This document shows, piece after piece, positions 9,763 to 19,798 of a stretch of 44,967 bases of DNA (positions within the stretch are counted from its first letter, which is position 1; each line of letters starts with the position of its first letter). This DNA is from Nitrospinaceae bacterium. Lineage in GTDB: Bacteria > Nitrospinota > Nitrospinia > Nitrospinales > VA-1. Below the pieces are notes generated by a model. The model did no database searches. It worked only from the letters and a program-made list of their open reading frames with translations, and was not told the DNA's origin. The translations under genes and the position numbers were made by a program. The DNA lies in contig JBHHVU010000024.1 in assembly GCA_046754465.1 (NCBI GenBank), positions 1-44,967 on the forward strand, read 5' to 3'.

Positions 9763-10332
9763 TGTCTCCTCCTCCCAGGGTTTTAACGGAATTTTGGTTC
9801 AACTTCTGAACCCATTGGCACTGCGTGAATTTTTTTGGGGGAATTCTGCTGTTTTCCTCCCTAAAGCGGCCTTATTTTAATGGATCATCCGCCGGGAACG
9901 GCAAAAAACTGTGAAAATTTTTATTTTTCTCCCATTCTCCCCTTTTTTGGGGGAGGAGGAATCTTACCTTGGCGGGCGCCGTCCGATGATGAGACAACAG
10001 GTCTGCCGGGGAAAAGGTGTCCCTCAGGACATGAAACCCGATCGGAAATACCCCGTGAACCTGGTGATATATTACCATAACTGATTAAAAATAAAGAGAA
10101 TATTCCATTCCCGGACTTTATGTGTTAGACTTGAATTTTACAGAAAAACCGGACTTTCCCCAATGGAGGGGGTGTTTTTTCCTGGATTCTTCCGAGGTTC
10201 CGGAGCTGCCGGACTTAAATGGGAAACTGTAAAAAACGATGCTCTTGAGGGGAAAACCATGATTTCCCCGGATGAACGCTTCCCGGGAACGGCCGGTAAT
10301 TTTTCTGGACGTTTTTTTCCCCAGGGAAGGGG

Positions 10333-10923
10333 TTATTGGGCTAGGCAATGGAGCAACTTCCTGTCTGCGAACAGTTTGCCCAATACCCCGGATATCGTGT
10401 CGTTCACCATTTTTTCGTTGGGAAAGGATGTGGGGGGGATAGGATCACGGTTCCGGTTTCCGCTAAATGACTTTTTGTAGACGCTTGGAGGAGTCGAATT
10501 CTTGTTTTCGCAGGTGGCCCGAAACTGGACGTGGACCTTGACCCCCATCTGGGGACCTCTTTTATGGTAAATGCTTTTGATTTGCTGAATTTCAACCTTC
10601 AGCGTCCGATTCATGTTCATGGTCAATCGTTTGGGATTGTAATCCACGATCCGCAACCCCTTGCTGATTTTTTGGTAAATGGTTTCCACCAGATTGGGAT
10701 CGGGGTTGATCGTGAAACGGCGAAAATTAAATGTACCTTTCCACTTGGCGATCAAATTGCTGGGGCGGGCATCGGCCACTTCCAGGCCAATGGTCCGCGA
10801 CCGGCCGAGGTCGGAACGGCTGACCGGTAAGGCGGGATCAATGGTTACGGTATGCCTCTGGGAGCATCCCCAGGATCCGAACCAAATGAGAACCGAAAAT
10901 GTTAAAAAACAAAAAATCCTCAT
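10333..10923 (-). CDS. Lipoprotein, probably YajG family
   Basis: Hydrophobic N-terminus ending in a lipobox-like SWG-C. 'LEVADARP' motif and C-terminal helix 'EKMVNDTISGVLGKLFAD.KL'. Confidence 0.65.
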   Translation of the reverse strand: MRIFCFLTFSVLIWFGSWGCSQRHTVTIDPALPVSRSDLGRSRTIGLEVADARPSNLIAKWKGTFNFRRFTINPDPNLVETIYQKISKGLRIVDYNPKRLTMNMNRTLKVEIQQIKSIYHKRGPQMGVKVHVQFRATCENKNSTPPSVYKKSFSGNRNRDPIPPTSFPNEKMVNDTISGVLGKLFADRKLLHCLAQ

Positions 10924-11182
10924 GGCTCTCTTGTATAGAGGAAAACGGGGTCCAGGTTCATTTTTTGCCCTCCACAGGGGTGGAAGCAGCCATAACTTTA
11001 ACTGTTAATATAAGTTTTAGCAACCCATGATTTGCCGGGACGGAAAGATATTTTTTTGGAAGGATTCCTTTTTTTCAAGGAATCCCGGGAGGGAGAAACG
11101 GGAGGAAATTTTATCATTCATTCCCGCAAAATTGTATAATGACGCCAGGATCATCAAGGTGTGTTCTCCTGATTTAATTGAT

Positions 11183-11195
11183 AATCAAGGAGTTA
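11183..11195 (+). promoter_or_regulatory. IHF-consensus site upstream of the HDOD/kinase operon
   Basis: AATCAA-GGAG-TTA matches WATCAANNNNTTR exactly, in an AT-rich context. Confidence 0.4.
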
Positions 11196-11241
11196 TTATT
11201 AATGACGGATCATATGCCGGGACGGATTTAATTTCTTTTTA

Positions 11242-11604
11242 ATGAAAAGAGTGCGAACCAGGGATTTAAAAGAGGGCATGGTTCCGGAAAAGGACGTGCG
11301 AGACCGGAGCGGACGGTTGATTCTCGCTTCGGGTCAGGTAATCACCGCCAGGCATATACGCACGTTCAAAGCCTGGGGTGTCACGGACGTGGAAGTGGAA
11401 ACCCCCTCCAGCGAGGATTCCGGTGAGATTTCCGCGGATCGGGATGTTCCCGCCCCCCCGGTTCCCGAAAAAGTGAAGGAAGAGATTGAGAATCTGTTTC
11501 GTTTTACCGACAAAAGCCACCCCGCCATGGCGGAGTTGGTGGATTTGTGCACCTTGAGAAAAATGGAATCCCAAAAGGAGAAGGAACCGGACAATGGTGC
11601 TTGA
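11242..11604 (+). CDS. Small hypothetical protein resembling the N-terminal domain of HD-GYP proteins
   Basis: DLKEGMV..DVRDRSGRLILASGQVIT..HI..FKAWGV pattern. Overlaps the HDOD gene start. Confidence 0.7.
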   Translation: MKRVRTRDLKEGMVPEKDVRDRSGRLILASGQVITARHIRTFKAWGVTDVEVETPSSEDSGEISADRDVPAPPVPEKVKEEIENLFRFTDKSHPAMAELVDLCTLRKMESQKEKEPDNGA

Positions 11605-12436
11605 AGCGGAAAGGCTGGTCGAAGGGGCCGTTCCTCTGGCGTCCTTGCCGATGCTATATTACCAGGTCAGCGAAGCAGTGGAGGATCCCGAAACCTCTTT
11701 CATGGAAATCGGAGATATCATCAGTCAGGATTCGGCATTGACCGCCCGTTTGCTACGCATCGTAAACAGTTCGTTTTTCGGTTTTTCCTCGAAGGTGGAG
11801 ACGATCACGCACGCGGTGACAATTGTCGGCATGTTGCAGTTGCGTGATCTCGTTCTGGCGACCACCATCATTGGATACTTTCGTGGTTTGCCGAAAAATG
11901 TGGTTAATATGGAGTCCTTTTGGCGGCACAGTATCGCTTCGGGATTGGCCGCCCGGGTGATCGCCATCTACCGTAAGGAACCCAATCCGGAACGTTTTTA
12001 TGTTTGCGGATTGCTTCACGATCTGGGCCGCCTGCTTTTGTTCATGGCGATTCCCGAGGATATGAAGCGGACGCTGGAGAAATACCTGGGCGGGGGGCAA
12101 TTGCTATTTGAAGCGGAACGGGACGTGCTGGGATTGGACCACGCGGAAGTCGGCGGCGCTCTGCTGAAAAAATGGAAGCTGCCCAGCCACCTGGCCGACG
12201 CGGTGCGATTGCATCATCAGCCTTCAGAGGCGCCGGAGGAATCGGTCGAGCCGGCGATCACCCATTTGGCGGATATCATCGCCCATTCCCTGCAACTGGG
12301 TAGCAGCGGGGAACGCTATGTTCCACCCCTGGATTCCCAAGCCTGGGAAAAAATCGGTTTGCCCTCCCACTTGTTGCCGGCCATTCTCAACCAGGTGGAT
12401 CAGCAATCCGCCAATACGGTTCAAATGTTTCTCTAG
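11594..12436 (+). CDS. HDOD domain protein
   Basis: LASLP, ISQDSALTARLLRIVNSSFFG, FWRHS, GLLHDLGRL, E...LGLDHAEVGGALLKKWKLP, HHQP. Confidence 0.93.
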   Translation: MVLEAERLVEGAVPLASLPMLYYQVSEAVEDPETSFMEIGDIISQDSALTARLLRIVNSSFFGFSSKVETITHAVTIVGMLQLRDLVLATTIIGYFRGLPKNVVNMESFWRHSIASGLAARVIAIYRKEPNPERFYVCGLLHDLGRLLLFMAIPEDMKRTLEKYLGGGQLLFEAERDVLGLDHAEVGGALLKKWKLPSHLADAVRLHHQPSEAPEESVEPAITHLADIIAHSLQLGSSGERYVPPLDSQAWEKIGLPSHLLPAILNQVDQQSANTVQMFL

Positions 12437-12444
12437 ATGGCGAT

Positions 12445-14724
12445 ATGACAAAAAACAGGGAAACTATGGAACCCAACCGCAAGAAGGAGATTCGGATCGA
12501 GTACCTGGAAAAACTCGCACAATCCAATCTATATGGCCTGAATCTTTTGGCCTCCCTCGGTGAGTTGCAGCACGACGCCACCCTGGCCCGCGACACCTCC
12601 AGAATACTGAATCTTTCCGCCGACCACCTGCAGCGCCTGCTGGATTTTCAGGTCATGGCCTTTTTCATGGTGCGGGAGGAGGATTCCAATTTTGTTTTGA
12701 CCGACGTGGACCCGGAAAGCGAACGCGCCCGGATCGAAAAGGAAATCGAGGACCAGATCGAAAACGGCGGGTTTGCCTGGTCGCTGAACCAGAATCGCCC
12801 GGTGGTGGTCAAATCCAACCGATACGGCAAATCCCTCATCCTCCACGTGCTCGCCACCAAATCGCGGGTGAGGGGCATGTTTGCCGGCGTCCTGAGGGAG
12901 GATAAAAGGATCAATGAAGCCACGCTGTATCCCGCCTCCATCATATTGCAGAATACCGCCAACGCCCTGGAAAGCGCTGCCCTTTATCAACAGATCTCCG
13001 ATCAGAACAAAAGCCTGGAGCAGATCGTCTGGAAACGCACCCAGGCCTTGGAAGAACAAACCCAGGAACTCAAGCAGGAGATCGTCCAACGGCGTTTGGC
13101 CGAGGAATCCCTCCTGCTCGCGAAAGAAGAAGCCGAGTCCGCCGGCCGCGCCAAAAGCGATTTCATCGCCAACATCAGCCATGAGTTTCGCACCCCATTA
13201 AACGCTATTTTGGGCTATTGCGAAGTCCTGCAATATGAGTCCCGAAAAATGAACCGCCCGGATTTGACCAATGACTTGAAGGCGATCGAAACCGCCGGCA
13301 GGCATTTGCTGGGACTCCTCAATGATATTCTGGATTTTTCCAAAATCCAGGCGGGGAAAATGGAACTGGACCTGCAATCGTTCAAGGTGACCCTCCTGGT
13401 GGAGGAGGTGATGGGAACTATCCGCCCCTTGGCCAGAAAAAACCGCAATACCCTTTCGGTGACGTATGAAGGGTTCGCCGATACCATGGTCTCCGATCCC
13501 CACCGCGTGCGGCAGATCCTGATCAATCTCCTGAACAACGCCTGTAAGTTCACACAGGACGGGACCGTCACCCTGAAGGTGGCGGGCCACACCAAGGAAG
13601 GTTCGGAATGGATCACGTTTTCGGTCAGCGATACGGGCATCGGTATCAGTGACGAAATGATTCCCAAAGTGTTTGAGGAGTTCACGCAAACGGAATCTCC
13701 CACCAAGCGAACCCATGGCGGCACGGGCCTGGGCCTGGCCATCAGTCGGCGGTTGTGCCATTTGCTGGGGGGGGAAATCACCGTCACCAGCGAATTGGGT
13801 GAGGGGACGATTTTTACCGTCGACCTCCCCGCGGATGCCACGGCGATGGCATCGGGGGTGAGTGAAAAACCGGTGAGCCCCATGCCCCCGCCCCCGGAAA
13901 CGCCGGTGGCCTCCAGCGATGGGAAATGGGCCCCCACGGATAAACCCCGCCCCGCGCCCTCACCCGATAAACCGGTGACCGTCCTGGTGATCGATAGCGA
14001 TCCCATCTCGCGGGACCTCATTCGGCGGTTTCTGGACCGGGAAGGATTCCGGGTGGAAATCGCCGCTAACGGACCCGATGGAATTGAGCGGGCCAAAAGG
14101 CTTCATCCTGACATCATCTCGCTGGACGCGATGATGCCGGGGATGGACGGTTGGACGGTCCTGTCGCGGTTGAAGGAAATTCCTGAATTGTCCCGGATTC
14201 CCGTCATCATGCTCAGCCCGGTGGACGAGAAGGGGAGAGCCCTCCAGGCCGGTGTGGCGGATTTTCTCACCAAACCGGTGGATTGGGATCAGTTCGTTGA
14301 GGTGGTCAAGAAGTATCGGGACGCGCCCGGGGGAACCATTCCAATTCTTGTGGTGGAAGATGACATGACCAACCGGGGCGCCCTGTGCCGTGTCCTCACC
14401 CGGGAAGGATGGAGGGTGACCGAGGCCGTCGATGGAAAGTCCGCCCTCAAAATCCTCGATGAAGAAACACCGGGGCTGATACTTCTGGACCTCGTGCTTC
14501 CGGAAATTAACGGGTTCGATTTTCTTTCCCAATTGCGCAAGAACATACGATTCCGGTCCATCCCGGTTATAGTGATCTCCGCTAAAGAACTTACCCGTAA
14601 GGAAAAAGAACGGTTGGGTAAGGAAGTGGACCGCGTTTTTCAAAAAGGGGACTACACCCGGACCGAACTCCTCAAGGAAATCCACCAACTGATGGGGCAA
14701 ACTCAAAACGATCAAGCGCTCTAA
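12445..14724 (+). CDS. Cytoplasmic hybrid sensor histidine kinase (GAF-like, HisKA, HATPase, two REC domains)
   Basis: H-box SHEFRTPLN, N-box NLLNNACKFT, DTGIG and GGTGLGL. Receivers PDIISLDAMMP and LILLDLVLP. No TM segment. Confidence 0.95.
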   Translation: MTKNRETMEPNRKKEIRIEYLEKLAQSNLYGLNLLASLGELQHDATLARDTSRILNLSADHLQRLLDFQVMAFFMVREEDSNFVLTDVDPESERARIEKEIEDQIENGGFAWSLNQNRPVVVKSNRYGKSLILHVLATKSRVRGMFAGVLREDKRINEATLYPASIILQNTANALESAALYQQISDQNKSLEQIVWKRTQALEEQTQELKQEIVQRRLAEESLLLAKEEAESAGRAKSDFIANISHEFRTPLNAILGYCEVLQYESRKMNRPDLTNDLKAIETAGRHLLGLLNDILDFSKIQAGKMELDLQSFKVTLLVEEVMGTIRPLARKNRNTLSVTYEGFADTMVSDPHRVRQILINLLNNACKFTQDGTVTLKVAGHTKEGSEWITFSVSDTGIGISDEMIPKVFEEFTQTESPTKRTHGGTGLGLAISRRLCHLLGGEITVTSELGEGTIFTVDLPADATAMASGVSEKPVSPMPPPPETPVASSDGKWAPTDKPRPAPSPDKPVTVLVIDSDPISRDLIRRFLDREGFRVEIAANGPDGIERAKRLHPDIISLDAMMPGMDGWTVLSRLKEIPELSRIPVIMLSPVDEKGRALQAGVADFLTKPVDWDQFVEVVKKYRDAPGGTIPILVVEDDMTNRGALCRVLTREGWRVTEAVDGKSALKILDEETPGLILLDLVLPEINGFDFLSQLRKNIRFRSIPVIVISAKELTRKEKERLGKEVDRVFQKGDYTRTELLKEIHQLMGQTQNDQAL

Positions 14725-14998
14725 ATTCCTCTAATTACAATTCTCCCGAATGGCAGAGGAGATGAGAGTGATTCCCTCCTCTACCCCGCCCCCGGGAACT
14801 CGTAACACGCCGTTCCCCCCGCTGCCTTCCCGGCGAAGAATTTTATTATTACCCTAACAGTTAAAATAATATCCAGGAAGGCGGAAATTCAAGGGTTCTC
14901 TTGTTTTTCGCCCTATTTGGCTTTACAATAACCGTGTAAGAAGGTACTATATTAACAATTACATAAAATTTCTATTAATTGACCTAAATTTACCAGAC

Positions 14999-16048
14999 TT
15001 GCCGGTGGTTGGACCCGTGGGATCTCAGAAACCAAAAGTCCTCATCGTGGATGACGAAAAAAAAATTCTCTCGGTGGCCAAAAAACTGCTGTCGCGTGAG
15101 GGGTATGAATTGTTGACCTCCGTCGACGCGGAAGAAGCCTTGGGAATTTTGGAAGATAAAGGGCCCATTGCCGTGGTCGTGTCGGACAATCGGATGCCCT
15201 CGATGCGGGGAACGGAGTTTTTCAAAAGAATAAAAACTCTGTGTCCCGAAACCGTCAGAATTCTGATGACCGCTTATTACGACGCCCAATTGATAGAGGA
15301 CGTGGTCAATACCGGCGAGGCATATCGTTATCTCAAAAAACCCCTGGACTTCAAGACCGTTCAAAAGACCATCGAAGCGGGGATTCATCAATACGAAAGA
15401 AATCTTGAAGTGAAAAACCTGGGGTTGGAATGCAGCAAACTCAACAATGAAAAATCACAACTCGAAAATCAATCCCTCAAATTAAAGGAAAAAGTATCCA
15501 GCCTGGCGCAAATCAAAAAGAAATTGATCTTCGCCTTGATGTTGATGGCCGTCGGTTTCGGCATTTTTGAGGTTTCCCGGGTCTGGTTGGATAAAAGGGG
15601 GATGGAAACCACCAGCCAAAAAATCGGTCATTGGGTGAAATATACCAATGGCACCGCGATGAATTCCAAGACGGGTTTGATATGGATGACCCGGGATTTT
15701 CGAAATCTGGAAAAGCGGGCGCCAGGCAACTGGAAGGAAGCCATGGCCTGGGCGGAAAAAATGAACCAGCGGCACTACGGGGGATTCACCGATTGGCGCG
15801 TCCCGACGATTACGGAATATCAAACCACGTTCGATTCACAGGCGAAGCGGTTGGGTTTTGACCGCAATCGGAAATTTCCCGTGGGCTATGCCGCGGCTTT
15901 TGAGGACGGCGGGGGGTACGGCTATTGGTCCCGTGAGGAGGTGGGCCAAAACTCGGCCCGCTATTTCTTTTTTGTCGGGGGATACGGAAAAACGGAAAAT
16001 AAGGAAATCAGCCACGCCACGTTTAGCGTGAGGTTGGTCCGCAATTGA
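14999..16048 (+). CDS. Membrane-anchored response regulator: REC, coiled coil, TM, DUF1566 (Lcl/C-type-lectin fold)
   Basis: VLIVDDE...VVVSDNRMP...KP receiver, then TM LIFALMLMAVGFGIF, then TGLIW, WKEAMAW, GGFTDWRVPT, YWS and VRLVR motifs. Start codon uncertain (TTG 14999 or GTG 15017). Confidence 0.85.
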   Translation: MPVVGPVGSQKPKVLIVDDEKKILSVAKKLLSREGYELLTSVDAEEALGILEDKGPIAVVVSDNRMPSMRGTEFFKRIKTLCPETVRILMTAYYDAQLIEDVVNTGEAYRYLKKPLDFKTVQKTIEAGIHQYERNLEVKNLGLECSKLNNEKSQLENQSLKLKEKVSSLAQIKKKLIFALMLMAVGFGIFEVSRVWLDKRGMETTSQKIGHWVKYTNGTAMNSKTGLIWMTRDFRNLEKRAPGNWKEAMAWAEKMNQRHYGGFTDWRVPTITEYQTTFDSQAKRLGFDRNRKFPVGYAAAFEDGGGYGYWSREEVGQNSARYFFFVGGYGKTENKEISHATFSVRLVRN

Positions 16049-16051
16049 TTT

Positions 16052-16864
16052 TTATTTCTCCCTCCCCTGGGCTCCTCTCCGCTTCCCCATTCCCCCCTCG
16101 ATTTTTTCCGCTATCCGGTTTCTCAGTTCTCCCGATTCCACCATCCGTTTGACCCTTAAGATCGCCCCCGCGGTCAGATCCCTCTTCAGGTAAAGCCTGC
16201 CTGTTTTTTGTTGGGGGCGCGTTATCAGTGTGCCTTGTTGCCAGTTGTGAAGGGTGGCGATCATCAAACGGGTTCCCAGGATAAGTGTTTTTCCCGCCAG
16301 GGTCTGTTCATCGTCCTCGGAATCCAGGCCGATGGATTCCTGGGCCGCGATGTCCCCTGTATCGATGCCCGGTTCCACCCGGTGGACCGTGGCGCCGAGG
16401 GACTCCAGTTCCAAATTGTGAACCGGCCAGAAATTACAGAAGGACCCTCGGCAATAACCCGATAACCCAACATGAAGATTAAAAATCCTTCCGGCAAGGC
16501 AACGAAGGACCTCCGGTTCCAGCAAACTGGTCCCAAAAATGGCCAGGCCATCGGGTTGAAAATTTTTTATCCGGGCCAGGGTGCCGGGTGAATTCAGGGT
16601 TCCCGGCGCCATGGGGATGACTTCCGGTTGATTCACGAGGGGCAGGTCCCTGGAACTTCCCAGAACCCGGTTTTCATAGTCCCTGCGCCGGGAAAAAAAC
16701 CAATCCCAGGCGCGGCGTTCCTCCTCGTTGGCAAAGGACGGTTCCGGGTAGAGGACGGATTCCTCAAAGACCGCCAGGACAGTAAATTGGGACTTCAGGT
16801 GGTTGAGGAAGTAGGCATGCCGCAAATCCGTTCCCGTCATCACGATTAATTTTTTATTTTTCAT
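16052..16864 (-). CDS. Formyltransferase family protein (N-terminal domain only)
   Basis: Start taken at ATG 16864 (MKNKKLIVMTG). NLHVGLSGYCRG and GATVH.V..GIDTGDI motifs. Confidence 0.85.
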   Translation of the reverse strand: MKNKKLIVMTGTDLRHAYFLNHLKSQFTVLAVFEESVLYPEPSFANEEERRAWDWFFSRRRDYENRVLGSSRDLPLVNQPEVIPMAPGTLNSPGTLARIKNFQPDGLAIFGTSLLEPEVLRCLAGRIFNLHVGLSGYCRGSFCNFWPVHNLELESLGATVHRVEPGIDTGDIAAQESIGLDSEDDEQTLAGKTLILGTRLMIATLHNWQQGTLITRPQQKTGRLYLKRDLTAGAILRVKRMVESGELRNRIAEKIEGGMGKRRGAQGREK

Positions 16865-17275
16865 GGCCGGATGAAAGTGTGGGCCGTCACCCGATGCAGC
16901 AAGGGGAGGCGGACCGAAGAAAAAGGTTGCCGAAAGGGAAAGGTTTCCCGCCGAGGACCCTTCCGATTTCATTTCATTATAAAGCGGAAACTATTCCATT
17001 TTCTCAGTTTGCCGGGGACACCGCGTCTTCACAAAGCCACCGTGGCATAACCCCTGTGAGCGCAGGGACAAGGCTTGCCGTGTCCCGTTTTTCCCCGGAC
17101 CCCAGGTGTCCCGGCCATCCTTTTCAGACAGCCGAAAACTGACAGGTTCACTCCACTTGGAAATATTGAAAATTCTTGTAAATCCCTGATTTCGAGTTGA
17201 TGTTCCATCCTTCTTTTGAGAATACTTACTTTTTGCTCCGTTTTGGACTATAATGATTTGGTATACGTTGTTTAA

Positions 17276-17288
17276 AATCAATAGATTA
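17276..17288 (+). promoter_or_regulatory. IHF-consensus site upstream of the pelA-like gene
   Basis: AATCAA-TAGA-TTA matches WATCAANNNNTTR exactly. Confidence 0.4.
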
Positions 17289-17509
17289 TAGCAAGTTTCG
17301 GGGCGGTTTGCCGCATCCCCTTTTTTGCCGGCACCCATACCTTTATTCTGCCATTGGTGTGGGTTTTTGAGAATAGGTTTTGACTCTGTTTGGAATTTAT
17401 AAATTTAATTCAGGTCGAAGGGGGATGATGTCATCCGGTTCGTCAGAATGCACCATCCTTCCTTGAAAAAATTCCTGTGTGATGAAAGTGGTAGGAGGAG
17501 AACCGCATC

Positions 17510-19798
17510 ATGATGTTTTTAATTTTCCGGACACTCGCACTCGCCGTTTTTCTGATTTCGTGTCTAGTCCATTCGGGCTTTGCCAGCGAGGGCCGTCCCG
17601 TGGCCCGCACGATTCTTGCCTTTTATAACAGCCAGGAAGAGGGCGATGTCCGAGCGACCCGAATTCACCGTCTGGCGGAGATGCCCCTGAACCACCTGGG
17701 TCTGGTGGTGAAATACCGGGATATCCAGCAACCTCTGCCGGCGGATGAAGAGATGGAAGGCGTGCGAGGAATTTTGACCTGGTTCCTCACGGACAAAATG
17801 CCCGATCCCCTGAAGTTCATGCGTTGGGGCGAACGCATGATCGGCCATGGCAGGCGGTTTGTCTTCATGGGCAATCTGGGTGTCAACCGGGATCGGAAGA
17901 ACCGGGAAACGCCGCTCTCCGAAATCAATCGGTTCCTGGGAAGATTGGGATTGCGGACGGAGGACAATTGGAAGCAGATCACCTACGATGTTCGTTTGAT
18001 TCGGAAAGACCCGGGAATGGTCGAGTTTGAACGCCCCTACAAGGGCGTGTTGCCTCCCTTTTCCCAAATCTGGAGGTTGGATGAAACCACCACTTCTTAC
18101 CTGGTTGCCGGTTGGGGAAAGGATCTGGAGAACCGAAGCGATCTCGTGGTGATCGGGCCCCGGGGAGCTTACACCGCGCCGGGATACTCGTTTTTTGAAA
18201 CGGGGGATTTTCTGCAATGGTATCTCAACCCGTTTGAATTTTTCCGCCGGGCCTTCGACACCGGCGGCCTGCCCAAACCCGATCCCAACACCCTATCGGG
18301 CCGGCGGATCTACTACAGTCATATCGACGGGGACGGGTGGCGGAACATTTCCGAGATCGAAAAATATAAAATCGATCATGCCCTGTCCGCGGAGGTCGTT
18401 CTCAAGGAAGCGCTGGAGCCGTTTCCGGACCTTCCCGTGACCGTGGCCCCCATTGCCGCCGACATCGATGAAGACTGGTTTGGAACGGAGGAATCGAGAC
18501 GGGTGGCCCAGGAAATTTTTGCCCTCCCGCAGGTGGAGGCGGGCAGTCACACCTACAGCCATCCTTATTTCTGGAAATATTATGAGCACTATCGTCCTGA
18601 AAAGGAGTGGCGGGAGTTTGTTCAAAGGGAGAAAAAAGATAACAAGATGGTTCACCAACGGTACGCCCGCTATTTACCTCTTCCGGCGGCAAAAGGAGGA
18701 CCCGGCCCGGCCGCTGATGAAACCCCCAACAAAAAGATCATCCCCGGTATTTATGAAATTCCCCGGGCCTATCTCGATTTCCCCTTTGACCTGGATAAGG
18801 AAATCAAGGGATCGGTCGATTTCATCAATGAACTTTTACCGCCCGGCAAGAAGGTGGAGATAGTGCAATGGTCGGGAGATACCTCGCCCTTCCCAGCGGC
18901 CTTGGAAAAAACCCATGAACTCGGGTTACGGAATCTCAATGGTGGGGATTCCCGGTTCGATCCCCAGTATCCTTCCCATGCCTGGGTTCCTCCCGTGGGG
19001 ATCCAGGTGGGCGGACAGCTCCAGGTTTACGCCTCCACCAGCAATGAAAATACTTATACCGATTTGTGGGAGGGCCGTTATTTTGGTTTCAAACACCTGG
19101 TCTGGACCCTTCGCAATACCGAATCGCCCCGGCGCTTGAAACCCTTCAATATTTATTACCACATGTATTCCGGGGAAAAGAAGGCCAGCCTGAACGCCCT
19201 GTTGGCCAATTTGCATTTGGCCCGCGAACAGGAACTCGCACCCGTCACCACCAGCCATTATGCGGGCATCGCCGAAGGATTTTTTTCGACCCGCTTCGTG
19301 CGCACCGGTCCACGGGCATGGCGGGTCGAGGGACGCGGAGCCCTGCAAACCATTCGCTTCGACAAGGCGGCTGCCCTGGCCGTGGATTTGAAAAAATCCA
19401 GGGGAGTGATCGGGCTGCGGCATTATCAGGGAAGTTTGTATGTGGCGCTGGACGCGGCGGAGCTTTCCCCGGTCATCGTATTAAAGGATCCGCCAAACCC
19501 GGGCCCGAATCCGCCAGCCGATCGGCCTTACCTGATCCAAAGCCGCTGGCGGGTGTGGAAATTGGAGGTCCCAGCCCGGACCCGTGCGAGTTTCACCACG
19601 CAAGGATTTGGAGAAGGAACCATGGCCTGGAAAGTCTCCGTGCCGGGATCGTACCGGGTCGAACTCTCAGACGATAAGGAAATCCGGAAAACCGTCAGTG
19701 CCGTTGCGGGCGAGGACGGGGTCCTGGAATTCAAATTCCCTCCCCAGGCGCGGAAGCCGGTGCGGATCACTCTCCAGTGGACGGATGACGTGTTATGA
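17510..19798 (+). CDS. pelA: PelA-like periplasmic polysaccharide deacetylase lacking the N-terminal hydrolase domain
   Basis: Signal peptide. PKPDPNTLSGRRIYYSHIDGDG, EAGSHTYSHP, WSGD, NLNGGD, NENTYT.LW and PRRLKPFNIYYHMYSG motifs. AGGAGG SD. Confidence 0.85.
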   Translation: MMFLIFRTLALAVFLISCLVHSGFASEGRPVARTILAFYNSQEEGDVRATRIHRLAEMPLNHLGLVVKYRDIQQPLPADEEMEGVRGILTWFLTDKMPDPLKFMRWGERMIGHGRRFVFMGNLGVNRDRKNRETPLSEINRFLGRLGLRTEDNWKQITYDVRLIRKDPGMVEFERPYKGVLPPFSQIWRLDETTTSYLVAGWGKDLENRSDLVVIGPRGAYTAPGYSFFETGDFLQWYLNPFEFFRRAFDTGGLPKPDPNTLSGRRIYYSHIDGDGWRNISEIEKYKIDHALSAEVVLKEALEPFPDLPVTVAPIAADIDEDWFGTEESRRVAQEIFALPQVEAGSHTYSHPYFWKYYEHYRPEKEWREFVQREKKDNKMVHQRYARYLPLPAAKGGPGPAADETPNKKIIPGIYEIPRAYLDFPFDLDKEIKGSVDFINELLPPGKKVEIVQWSGDTSPFPAALEKTHELGLRNLNGGDSRFDPQYPSHAWVPPVGIQVGGQLQVYASTSNENTYTDLWEGRYFGFKHLVWTLRNTESPRRLKPFNIYYHMYSGEKKASLNALLANLHLAREQELAPVTTSHYAGIAEGFFSTRFVRTGPRAWRVEGRGALQTIRFDKAAALAVDLKKSRGVIGLRHYQGSLYVALDAAELSPVIVLKDPPNPGPNPPADRPYLIQSRWRVWKLEVPARTRASFTTQGFGEGTMAWKVSVPGSYRVELSDDKEIRKTVSAVAGEDGVLEFKFPPQARKPVRITLQWTDDVL

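Noticed and set aside
15900..16048. Diversity-generating retroelement variable region in the DUF1566 domain
   Set aside because: No reverse transcriptase and no template-repeat copy seen in the window.
16980..17500. c-di-GMP riboswitch upstream of pelA
   Set aside because: GC-rich stems are present, but I could not find the GEMM core. An Infernal scan would be needed to exclude it formally.
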